From contig OX597830.1 of NCBI GenBank assembly GCA_951406725.2, forward strand, positions 54,126,001 to 54,190,000: a DNA stretch of 64,000 nucleotides, read 5' to 3'. Position 1 is the first letter of the stretch; each line of letters opens with the position of its first letter. Both the position numbers and the translations under genes were made by a program. A model generated the notes under the pieces. The model made no database searches, had not been told where the DNA came from, and saw only the letters and a program-made list of their open reading frames with translations. The DNA comes from Octopus vulgaris. Lineage: Eukaryota. This document shows, in pieces, positions 10,170-22,900 of the stretch.

Positions 10170-12341
10170 CGGCCAGGTAGGCAGGCCAGGCCAGGGCCAG
10201 GGCCAGGGCCTAGGCTAGGGCCGGGGCCAGGCCAGGCCAGGCCAGGGCCAGGCCAGGCCAGGCCAGGCCAGGCCAGGCCAGGCCAGGGCCAGGCCAGGCC
10301 AGGCCAGGCCAGGGCCAGGGCCAGGCCAGGCCAGGCCAGGGCCAGGCCAGGCCAGGCCAGGCCAGGCCAGGCCAGGCCAGGCCAGGCCAGGGCCAGGCCA
10401 GGCCAGGCCAGGCCCAGGCCAGGGCCAGGCCAGGCCAGGCCAGGCCAGGCCAGGGGCCAGGCCAGGCCAGGCCAGGCCAGGCCAGGCCAGGCCAGGCCAG
10501 GCCAGGCCAGGCCAGGCCAGGCCAGGCCAGGCCAGGCCAGGCCAGGCCAGGCCAGGCCAGGCCAGGCCAGGCCAGGCCAGGCCAGGCCAGGCCAGGCCAG
10601 GCCAGGCCAGGCCAGGCCAGGCCAGGCCAGGCCAGGCCAGGCCAGGCCAGGCCAGGCCAGGGCCAGGGCCAGGCAGGGCCAGGCCAGGCCAGGGCCAGGC
10701 CAGGCCAGGCCAGGCCAGGCCAGGCCAGGCCAGGCCAGGCCAGGCCAGGCCAGGCCAGGCCAGGCCAGGCCAGGCCAGGCCAGGCCAGGCCAGGCCAGGC
10801 CAGGCCAGGGCCAGGCCAGGCCAGGCCAGGCCAGGCCAGGCCAGGCCAGGGCCAGGCCAGGCCAGGCCAGGCCAGGCCAGGCCAGGCCAGGCCAGGCCAG
10901 GCCAGGCCAGGCCAGGGCCAGGGCCAGGCCAGGCCAGGCCAGGCCAGGCCAGGCCAGGCCAGGCCAGGGCCAGGGCCAGGGCCAGGCCAGGCCAGGCCAG
11001 GCCAGGCCAGGCCAGGCCAGGCCAGGCCAGGCCAGGCCAGGCCAGGCCAGGCCAGGCCAGGGCCAGGCCAGGCCAGGCCAGGCCAGGGCCAGGCCAGGCC
11101 AGGCCAGGCCAGGCCAGGCCAGGCCAGGCCAGGCCAGGCCAGGGCCAGGCCAGGCCAGGCCAGGCCAGGCCAGGCCAGGCCAGGCCAGGCCAGGCCAGGC
11201 CCGCCCCAGGCCAGGCCAGGCCAGGCCAGGCCAGGCCCAGGCCAGGCCAGGCCAGGCCAGGCCAGGCCAGGCCAGGCCAGGCCAGGCCAGGCCAGGCCAG
11301 GCCAGGCCAGGCCAGGCCAGGCCAGGCCAGGCCAGGCCAGGCCAGGCCAGGCCAGGCCAGGCCAGGCCAGGCCAGGCCAGGCCAGGCCAGGCCTAGGCCA
11401 GGCCAGGCCAGGCCAGGCCAGGCCAGGCCAGGCCAGGCCAGGCCAGGCCAGGGCCAGGCCAGGCCAGGCCAGGCCAGGCCAGGGCCAGGCCAGGCCAGGC
11501 CAGGCCAGGCCAGGGCCAGGCCAGGCCAGGCCAGGCCAGGCCAGGGCCAGGCCAGGCCAGGCCAGGGCCAGGCCAGGCCAGGGCCAGGGCCAGGCCAGGC
11601 CAGGCCAGGCCAGGCCAGGGGCCAGGCCAGGCCAGGGCCAGGGCCAGGCCAGGCCAGGCCCAGGCCAGGCCAGGCCAGGCCAGGGCCAGGCCAGGCCAGG
11701 GCCAGGCCAGGCCAGGGCCAGGCCAGGCCAGGCCAGGCCAGGCCAGGGCCAGGCCAGGCCAGGGCCAGGCCAGGCCAGGCCAGGCCAGGCCAGGCCAGGC
11801 CAGGCCAGGCCAGGCCAGGCCAGGCCAGGCCAGGCCAGGCCAGGCCAGGCCAGGCCAGGCCAGGCCAGGCCAGGCCAGGCCAGGCCAGGCCAGGCCAGGC
11901 CAGGCCAGGCCAGGCCAGGGCCAGGCCAGGCCAGGCCAGGCCAGGCCAGGCCAGGCCAGGCCAGGCCAGGGCCAGGCCAGGCCAGGCCAGGCCAGGCCAG
12001 GGCCAGGCGAGCCAGGCCAGGCCAGGCCAGGCCAGGCCAGGCCAGGCCAGGGCCAGGCCAGGCCAGGCCAGGCCAGGCCAGGCCAGGGCCAGGCCAGGCC
12101 CAGCCAGGCCAGGCCAGGCCAGGCCAGGCCAGGCCAGGCCAGGCCAGGCCAGGGCCAGGCCAGGGCCAGGCCAGGCCAGGGCCAGGCCAGGCCAGGCCAG
12201 GGCCAGGCCAGGGCCAGGCCAGCAAGTGCCAGGCCAGGCCAGGCCAGGCCAGGCCACGGCCAGGCTCCGGGGCCAGGCCAATGCCAGGGCCAGGCCAGGC
12301 CAGGCCAGGGCCAGGGCCAGGCCAGGCCAGGCCAGGCCAGG
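10170..12341 (+). repeat. (GGCCA/GGGCCA)n tract, probably mis-called telomeric (TTAGGG)n
   Basis: The reverse complement is (CCTGG/CCCTGG)n, a reported nanopore mis-call of (CCCTAA)n. Residual TAGG/CTAGGG occurs at ~10210. It shares its junction motif with the real CCCTAA tract at 40388. Confidence 0.75.
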
Positions 12342-12441
12342 NNNNNNNNNNNNNNNNNNNNNNNNNNNNNNNNNNNNNNNNNNNNNNNNNNNNNNNNNNN
12401 NNNNNNNNNNNNNNNNNNNNNNNNNNNNNNNNNNNNNNNNN
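12342..12441. other. Scaffold gap (100 N)
   Basis: Exactly 100 Ns, a fixed-size scaffolding gap. Confidence 0.99.
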
Positions 12442-12457
12442 ACTTAAACAATAACAT

Positions 12458-12872
12458 TAACCCTAACCCTAACCCTAACCTTAACCTTAACCCTAACCCT
12501 AACCCTAACCCTAACCCTAACCCTAACACCCTAACCCTAACCCTAACCCCCTAACCCTAACCCCTAACCCTAAACCTAACCCTAACCCCAACCCTAACCC
12601 CAACCCTAACCCCAACCCTAACCCTAACCCTAACCCTAACCCTAACCCTAACCCTAACCCTAACCCTAACCCTAACCCTAACCCTAAACCCCCTAACCCT
12701 AACCCTAACCCTAACCCTAACCCTAACCCTAACCCTAACACTAACCCTAACCCTAACCCTAACCCTAACCCTAACCCTAACCCTAACCCTAACCCTAAAC
12801 CTAACCCTAACCCCTAACCCTAACCCTAACTAACCCTAACCCTAACCCCAATCTCTAACCCTAACCCTAACC

Positions 12873-12913
<41 letters not shown>

Positions 12914-13014
12914 CCCTTTAACCCTAACCCTAACCCTAACCCTCCCTAACTCCTAACCCTAACCCTAACCTCAACCCTAACCCTAACCCCTAACCCTAAC
13001 CCTAACCCTAACCC
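12458..13014 (-). repeat. Telomeric repeat (CCCTAA)n = (TTAGGG)n on the minus strand
   Basis: Directly visible, with indel variants. Confidence 0.95.
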
Positions 13015-13611
13015 TTTAATTTTAATTTTAATTTTAATTTTAATTTTAATTTTAATTTTAATTTTAATTTTAATTTTAATTTTAATTTTAATTTTAATTT
13101 TAATTTAATTTTAATTTTAATTTTAATTTTAATTTTAATTTTAATTTTAATTTTAATTTTAATTTTAATTTTAATTTTAATTTTAATTTTAATTTTAATT
13201 TTAATTTTAATTTAATTTTAATTTTAATTTTAATTTTAATTTTAATTTTAATTTTAATTTTAATTTTAATTTTAATTTTAATTTTAATTTTAATTTTAAT
13301 TTTAATTTTAATTTTTTAATTTTAATTTTAATTTTAATTTTAATTTTAATTTTAATTTTAATTTTAATTTTAATTTTAATTTTAATTTTAATTTTAATTT
13401 TAATTTTAATTTTAATTTTAATTTTAATTTTAATTTTAATTTTAATTTTAATTTTAATTTTAATTTTAATTTTAATTTTAATTTTAATTTTAATTTTAAT
13501 TTTAATTTTAATTTTAATTTTAATTTTAATTTTAATTTTAATTTTAATTTAATTTTAATTTTAATTTTAATTTTAATTTTTAATTTTAATTTTAATTTTA
13601 ATTTTAATTTT
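13015..13611 (-). repeat. (TTTTAA)n tract, probably mis-called telomeric repeat
   Basis: In-register switch from CCCTAA to TTTTAA. TTAGGG to TTAAAA is a known nanopore error. Confidence 0.8.
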
Positions 13612-13926
13612 GCCTAACATTGCCAGAGCAGACTGGGCCTGGTGCAGCCTTCTGGTTTCCCAGACCCCAGTTCAACTGTCCAACCCATGCTAGCATGGAA
13701 AGCGGACGCTAAACGATGATGATGATGATGATGATTAAATCTATTTAGTAAGTCAAACGAAACTATTTATTATTATAATTATCATCAATTAATTAATAAA
13801 TTAAGTGTATTTATACCCCCATTCAATTAGTATAATGAGGACATCTTAATATGATATGTAATTAATATTAAATACTAATATAATGATAAATTTAACAGTA
13901 ACTACAAGAATATGCACTAAAATGCA
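13612..13926 (+). repeat. Intra-telomeric spacer copy A (RTE 3' tail plus AT-rich segment)
   Basis: Near-identical to 31308-31622. Contains GTCCAACCCATGCTAGCATGGAAAGCGGACGCTAAAC(GAT)n. Confidence 0.95.
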
Positions 13927-13963
13927 TAACCCTAACCCTAACCCTAACCCTAACCCTAACCCT

Positions 13964-16900
13964 TTAATTTTAATTTTAATTTTAATTTTAATTTTTTAAT
14001 TTTAATTTTAATTTTAATTTTAATTTTAATTTTAATTTTAATTTTAATTTTAATTTTAATTTTAATTTTAATTTTAATTTTAATTTTAATTTTAATTTTA
14101 ATTTTAATTTTAATTTTAATTTTAATTTTAATTTTAATTTTAATTTTAATTTTAATTTTAATTTTTAATTTTAATTTTAATTTTAATTTTAATTTTAATT
14201 TTAATTTTAATTTTAATTTTAATTTTAATTTTAATTTTAATTTTAATTTTAATTTTAATTTTAATTTTAATTTTAATTTTAATTTTAATTTTAATTTTAA
14301 TTTTAATTTTAATTTTAATTTTAATTTTAATTTTAATTTTAATTTTAATTTTAATTTTAATTTTAATTTTAATTTTAATTTTAATTTTTAATTTTTTTAA
14401 TTTTAATTTTAATTTTAATTTAATTTTAATTTTTTTAATTTTAATTTAATTTTAATTTTAATTTTAATTTTAATTTTAATTTTAATTTTAATTTTAATTT
14501 TAATTTTAATTTTAATTTTAATTTTAATTTTAATTTTAATTTTAATTTTAATTTTAATTTTAATTTTAATTTTAATTTTAATTTTAATTTTAATTTTAAT
14601 TTTAATTTTAATTTTAATTTTAATTTTAATTTTAATTTTAATTTTAATTTTAATTTTAATTTTAATTTTAATTTTAATTTTAATTTTAATTTTAATTTTA
14701 ATTTTAATTTTAATTTTAATTTTAATTTTAATTTTAATTTTAATTTTAATTTTAATTTTAATTTTAATTTTTTTAATTTTAATTTTAATTTTAATTTTAA
14801 TTTAATTTAATTTTATTTTAATTTTAATTTTAATTTTAATTTTAATTTTAATTTTAATTTTAATTTTAATTTTAATTTTAATTTTAATTTTAATTTTAAT
14901 TTTAATTTTAATTTTAATTTTAATTTTAATTTTAATTTTAATTTTAATTTTAATTTTAATTTTAATTTTAATTTTAATTTTAATTTTAATTTTAATTTTA
15001 ATTTTAATTTTAATTTTAATTTTAATTTTAATTTTAATTTTAATTTTAATTTTAATTTTAATTTTAATTTTAATTTTAATTTTAATTTTAATTTTAATTT
15101 TAATTTTAATTTTAATTTTAATTTTAATTTTAATTTTAATTTTAATTTTAATTTTAATTTTAATTTTAATTTTAATTTTAATTTTAATTTTAATTTTAAT
15201 TTTAATTTTAATTTTAATTTTAATTTTAATTTTAATTTTAATTTTTAATTTTATTTTAATTTTAATTTTAATTTTAATTTTAATTTTAATTTTAATTTTA
15301 ATTTTAATTTTAATTTTAATTTTAATTTTAATTTTAATTTTAATTTTAATTTTAATTTTAATTTTAATTTTAATTTTAATTTTAATTTTAATTTTAATTT
15401 TAATTTTAATTTTAATTTTAATTTTAATTTTAATTTTAATTTTAATTTTAATTTTTTAATTTTAATTTTAATTTTAATTTTAATTTTAATTTTAATTTTA
15501 ATTTTAATTTTAATTTTAATTTTAATTTTAATTTTAATTTTAATTTTAATTTTAATTTTAATTTTAATTTTAATTTTAATTTTAATTTTAATTTTAATTT
15601 TAATTTTAATTTTAATTTTAATTTTAATTTTAATTTTAATTTTAATTTTAATTTTAATTTTAATTTTAATTTTTAATTTTAATTTTAATTTTAATTTTAA
15701 TTTTAATTTTAATTTTAATTTTAATTTTAATTTTAATTTTAATTTTAATTTTAATTTTAATTTTAATTTTAATTTTAATTTTAATTTTAATTTTAATTTT
15801 AATTTTAATTTTAATTTTAATTTTAATTTTAATTTTAATTTTAATTTTAATTTTAATTTTAATTTTAATTTTAATTTTTAATTTTAATTTTAATTTTAAT
15901 TTTAATTTTAATTTTTAATTTTAATTTTAATTTTAATTTTAATTTTAATTTTAATTTTAATTTTAATTTTAATTTTAATTTTAATTTTAATTTTAATTTT
16001 AATTTTAATTTTAATTTTAATTTTAATTTTAATTTTAATTTTAATTTTAATTTTAATTTTAATTTTAATTTTAATTTTAATTTTAATTTTAATTTTAATT
16101 TTAATTTTAATTTTAATTTTAATTTTAATTTTAATTTTAATTTAATTTTAATTTTAATTTTAATTTTAATTTTAATTTTAATTTTAATTTTAATTTTAAT
16201 TTAATTTTAATTTTAATTTTAATTTTAATTTTAATTTTAATTTTAATTTTAATTTTAATTTTAATTTTAATTTTAATTTTAATTTTAATTTTAATTTTAA
16301 TTTTAATTTTAATTTTAATTTTAATTTTAATTTTAATAATTTTAATTTAATTTTAATTTTAATTTTAATTTTAATTTTAATTTTAATTTTAATTTTAATT
16401 TTAATTTTAATTTTAATTTTAATTTTAATTTTAATTTTAATTTTAATTTTTTAATTTTAATTTTAATTTTAATTTTAATTTTAATTTTAATTTTAATTTT
16501 AATTTTAATTTTAATTTTAATTTTAATTTTAATTTTAATTTTAATTTTAATTTTAATTTTAATTTTAATTTTAATTTTAATTTTAATTTTAATTTTAATT
16601 TTAATTTTAATTTTAATTTTAATTTTAATTTTAATTTTAATTTTAATTTTAATTTTAATTTTAATTTTAATTTTAATTTTAATTTTAATTTTAATTTTAA
16701 TTTTAATTTTTTAATTTTAATTTTAATTTTAATTTTAATTTTAATTTTAATTTTAATTTTAATTTTTTTAATTTTAATTTTAATTTTAATTTTAATTTTT
16801 AATTTTAATTTTAATTTTAATTTTAATTTTAATTTTAATTTAATTTTAATTTTAATTTTAATTTTAATTTTAATTTTAATTTTAATTTTAATTTTAATTT

Positions 16901-19900
16901 TAATTTTAATTTTAATTTTAATTTTAATTTTAATTTTAATTTTAATTTTAATTTTAATTTTAATTTTAATTTTAATTTTTTTAATTTTAATTTTAATTTT
17001 AATTTTTTAATTTTAATTTTAATTTTAATTTTAATTTTAATTTTAATTTTAATTTTAATTTTAATTTTAATTTTAATTTTAATTTTAATTTTAATTTTAA
17101 TTTTAATTTTAATTTTAATTTTAATTTTAATTTTAATTTTAATTTTAATTTTAATTTTAATTTTAATTTTAATTTTTAATTTTAATTTTAATTTTAATTT
17201 TAATTTTAATTTTAATTTAATTTTAATTTTAATTTTAATTTTAATTTTAATTTTAATTTTAATTTTAATTTTAATTTTAATTTTAATTTAATTTTAATTT
17301 TAATTTTAATTTTAATTTTAATTTTTTTTAATTTTAATTTTAATTTTAATTTTAATTTTAATTTTAATTTTAATTTTAATTTTAATTTTAATTTTAATTT
17401 TAATTTTAATTTTAATTTTAATTTTAATTTTAATTTTAATTTTAATTTTAATTTTAATTTTAATTTTAATTTTAATTTTAATTTTAATTTTAATTTTAAT
17501 TTTAATTTTAATTTTAATTTTAATTTTAATTTTAATTTTAATTTTAATTTTAATTTTAATTTTAATTTTAATTTTAATTTTAATTTTAATTTTAATTTTA
17601 ATTTTAATTTTAATTTTAATTTTAATTTTAATTTTAATTTTAATTTTAATTTTAATTTTAATTTTAATTTTAATTTTAATTTTAATTTTAATTTTAATTT
17701 TAATTTTAATTTTAATTTTAATTTTAATTTTAATTTTTTAATTTTAATTTTAATTTTAATTTTAATTTTAATTTTAATTTTAATTTTAATTTTAATTTTA
17801 ATTTTTAATTTAATTAATTTATTTTTAATTTTAATTTTAATTTTAATTTTAATTTTAATTTAATTTTAATTTTAATTTTAATTTTAATTTTAATTTTAAT
17901 TTTAATTTTAATTTTAATTTTAATTTTAATTTTAATTTTAATTTTAATTTTAATTTTAATTTTAATTTTAATTTTAATTTTAATTTTAATTTTAATTTTA
18001 ATTTTAATTTTAATTTTAATTTTAATTTAATTTTAATTTTAATTTTAATTTTAATTTTTAATTTTAATTTTAATTTTAATTAATTTTAATTTTAATTTTA
18101 ATTTTAATTTTAATTTTAATTTTAATTTTAATTTTAATTTTAATTTTAATTTTAATTTTAATTTTAATTTTAATTTTAATTTTAATTTTAATTTTAATTT
18201 TAATTTTAATTTTAATTTTAATTTAATTTTAATTTTAATTTTAATTTTAATTTTAATTTTAATTTTAATTTTAATTTTAATTTTAATTTTAATTTTAATT
18301 TTAATTTTAATTTTAATTTTAATTTTAATTTTAATTTTAATTTTAATTTTAATTTTAATTTTAATTTTAATTTTAATTTTAATTTTAATTTTAATTTTAA
18401 TTTTAATTTAATTTTAATTTTAATTTAATTTTAATTTTAATTAATTTTAATTTTAATTTTATTTTAATTTTAATTTTAATTTTAATTTTAATTTTAATTT
18501 TAATTTTAATTTTTTAATTTTAATTTTAATTTTAATTTTAATTTTAATTTTAATTTTAATTTTAATTTTAATTTTAATTTTAATTTTAATTTTAATTTTA
18601 ATTTTAATTTTAATTTTAATTTTAATTTTAATTTTAATTTTAATTTTAATTTTAATTTTAATTTTAATTTTAATTTTAATTTTAATTTTAATTTTAATTT
18701 TAATTTTAATTTTAATTTTAATTTTAATTTTAATTTTAATTTTAATTTTAATTTTAATTTTAATTTTAATTTTAATTTTAATTTTAATTTTAATTTTAAT
18801 TTTAATTTTAATTTTAATTTAATTTTAATTTTAATTTTAATTTTAATTTTAATTTTAATTTTAATTTTAATTTTAATTTTAATTTTTAATTTTAATTTTA
18901 ATTTTTAATTTATTTTAATTTTAATTTTAATTTTAATTTTAATTTTAATTTTAATTTTAATTTTAATTTTAATTTTAATTTTTAATTTTAATTTTAATTT
19001 TAATTTTAATTTTAATTTTAATTTTAATTTTAATTTTAATTTTAATTTTAATTTTAATTTTAATTTTAATTTTAATTTTAATTTTAATTTTAATTTTAAT
19101 TTTAATTTTAATTTTAATTTTAATTTTAATTTTAATTTTAATTTTAATTTTAATTTTAATTTTAATTTAATTTTAATTTTAATTTTAATTTTAATTTTAA
19201 TTTTAATTTTAATTTTAATTTTAATTTTAATTTTAATTTTAATTTTAATTTTAATTTTAATTTTAATTTTAATTTTAATTTTAATTTTAATTTTAATTTT
19301 AATTTTAATTTTAATTTTAATTTTAATTTTAATTTTAATTTTAATTTTAATTTTTTTTAATTTTAATTTTAATTTTAATTTTAATTTTAATTTTAATTTT
19401 AATTTTTTTAATTTTTAATTTTATTTAATTTTAATTTTAATTTTAATTTTAATTTTAATTTTAATTTTAATTTTAATTTTAATTTTAATTTTAATTTTAA
19501 TTTTAATTTTAATTTTAATTTTAATTTTAATTTTAATTTTAATTTTAATTTTAATTTTAATTTTAATTTTAATTTTAATTTTAATTTTAATTTTAATTTT
19601 AATTTTAATTTTAATTTTAATTTTAATTTTAATTTTAATTTTAATTTTAATTTTAATTTTAATTTTAATTTTAATTTTAATTTTAATTTTAATTTTAATT
19701 TTAATTTTAATTTTAATTTTTTAATTTTAATTTTAATTTTAATTTTAATTTTAATTTTAATTTTAATTTTAATTTTAATTTTAATTTTTATTTTTAATTT
19801 TAATTTTAATTTTAATTTTAATTTTAATTTTAATTTTAATTTTAATTTTAATTTTAATTTTAATTTTAATTTTAATTTTAATTTTAATTTTAATTTTAAT

Positions 19901-22900
19901 TTTAATTTTAATTTTAATTTTAATTTTAATTTTAATTTTAATTTTAATTTTAATTTTAATTTTAATTTTAATTTTAATTTTTTAATTTTAATTTTAATTT
20001 TAATTTTAATTTTAATTTTAATTTTAATTTTTTTAATTTTAATTTTAATTTTAATTTTAATTTTAATTTTAATTTTAATTTTAATTTTAATTTTAATTTT
20101 AATTTTAATTTTAATTTTAATTTTAATTTTAATTTTAATTTTAATTTTAATTTTAATTTTTTTTAATTTTAATTTTAATTTTAATTTTAATTTTAATTTT
20201 AATTTTAATTTTAATTTTAATTTTAATTTTAATTTTAATTTTAATTTTAATTTTAATTTTAATTTTAATTTTAATTTTAATTTTAATTTTAATTTTAATT
20301 TTAATTTTAATTTTAATTTTAATTTTAATTTTAATTTTTTAATTTTAATTTTAATTTTAATTTTAATTTTAATTTTAATTTTAATTTTAATTTTAATTTT
20401 TTTAATTTTAATTTTTTAATTTTAATTTTAATTTTATTTAATTTTAATTTTAATTTTAATTTTAATTTTAATTTTAATTTTAATTTTAATTTTAATTTTA
20501 ATTTTAATTTTAATTTTAATTTTAATTTTAATTTTAATTTTAATTTTAATTTTTTAATTTTAATTTTAATTTTAATTTTTAATTTTAATTTTAATTTTTT
20601 AATTTTAATTTTAATTTTAATTTTAATTTTAATTTTAATTTAATTTAATTTTAATTTTAATTTTAATTTTAATTTTAATTTTAATTTTAATTTTAATTTT
20701 AATTTTAATTTTAATTTTAATTTTAATTTTAATTTTAATTTTAATTTTAATTTTAATTTTAATTTTAATTTTAATTTTAATTTTAATTTTAATTTTAATT
20801 TTAATTTTAATTTTAATTTTAATTTTAATTTTAATTTTAATTTTAATTTTAATTTTAATTTTAATTTTAATTTTAATTTTAATTTTAATTTTAATTTTAA
20901 TTTTAATTTTAATTTTAATTTTAATTTTAATTTTAATTTTAATTTTAATTTTAATTTTAATTTTAATTTTAATTTTAATTTTAATTTTAATTTTAATTTT
21001 AATTTTAATTTTAATTTTAATTTTAATTTTAATTTTAATTTTAATTTTAATTTTAATTTTAATTTTAATTTTAATTTTAATTTTAATTTTAATTTTAATT
21101 TTAATTTTAATTTTAATTTTAATTTTAATTTTAATTTTAATTTTAATTTTAATTTTAATTTTAATTTTAATTTTAATTTTAATTTTAATTTTAATTTTAA
21201 TTTTAATTTTAATTTTAATTTTAATTTTAATTTTAATTTTAATTTTAATTTTAATTTTAATTTTAATTTTTTTTAATTTTAATTTTAATTTTAATTTTTA
21301 ATTTTAATTTTTAATTTTATTAATTATTAATTTTAATTTTAATTTTAATTTTAATTTTAATTTTAATTTTAATTTTAATTTTAATTTTAATTTTAATTTT
21401 AATTTTAATTTTAATTTTAATTTTAATTTTAATTTTAATTTTAATTTTAATTTTAATTTTAATTTTAATTTTAATTTTAATTTTAATTTTAATTTTAATT
21501 TTAATTTTAATTTTAATTTTAATTTTAATTTTAATTTTAATTTTAATTTTAATTTTAATTTTAATTTTAATTTTAATTTTAATTTTAATTTTAATTTTAA
21601 TTTTAATTTTAATTTTAATTTTAATTTTAATTTTAATTTTAATTTTAATTTTAATTTTAATTTTTAATTTTAATTTTAATTTTAATTTTAATTTTAATTT
21701 TAATTTTAATTTTTAATTTTAATTTTAATTTTAATTTTAATTTTAATTTTAATTTTAATTTTAATTTTAATTTTAATTTTAATTTTAATTTTAATTTTAA
21801 TTTTAATTTTAATTTTAATTTTAATTTTAATTTTAATTTTAATTTTAATTTTAATTTTAATTTTAATTTTAATTTTAATTTTAATTTTAATTTTTTAATT
21901 TTAATTTTAATTTTAATTTTAATTTTAATTTTAATTTTAATTTTAATTTTAATTTTAATTTTAATTTTAATTTTAATTTTAATTTTAATTTTAATTTTAA
22001 TTTTAATTTTAATTTTAATTTTAATTTTAATTTTAATTTTAATTTTAATTTTAATTTTAATTTTAATTTTAATTTTAATTTTAATTTTAATTTTAATTTT
22101 AATTTTAATTTTAATTTTTAATTTTTAATTTTAATTTTAATTTATTTTAATTTTAATTTTAATTTTAATTTTAATTTTAATTTTAATTTTAATTTTTTAA
22201 TTTTAATTTTAATTTTAATTTTAATTTTAATTTTAATTTTAATTTTAATTTTAATTTTAATTTTAATTTTAATTTTAATTTTAATTTTAATTTTAATTTT
22301 AATTTTAATTTTAATTTTAATTTTAATTTTAATTTTAATTTTAATTTTAATTTTTATTTTAATTTTAATTTTAATTTTAATTTTAATTTTAATTTTAATT
22401 TTAATTTTAATTTTAATTTTAATTTTAATTTTAATTTTAATTTTAATTTTAATTTTAATTTTAATTTTAATTTTAATTTTAATTTTAATTTTAATTTTAA
22501 TTTTAATTTTAATTTTAATTTTAATTTTAATTTTAATTTTAATTTTAATTTTAATTTTAATTTTAATTTTAATTTTAATTTTAATTTTAATTTTAATTTT
22601 AATTTTAATTTTAATTTTAATTTTTAATTTTAATTTTAATTTTAATTTTAATTTTAATTTTTAATTTTTTAATTTTAATTAATTTAATTTTTTTTAATTT
22701 TAATTTTAATTTTAATTTTAATTTTAATTTTTAATTTTAATTTTAATTTTAATTTTAATTTTAATTTTAATTTTAATTTTAATTTTAATTTTAATTTTAA
22801 TTTTTTAATTTTAATTTTAATTTTAATTTTAATTTTAATTTTAATTTTAATTTTAATTTTAATTTTAATTTTAATTTTAATTTTAATTTTAATTTTAATT

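Noticed and set aside
10210-12529. Long ORFs of 378-688 aa made of (LAWPG)n
   Set aside because: These are translations of a stop-free pentamer repeat that is itself probably a basecalling artefact.
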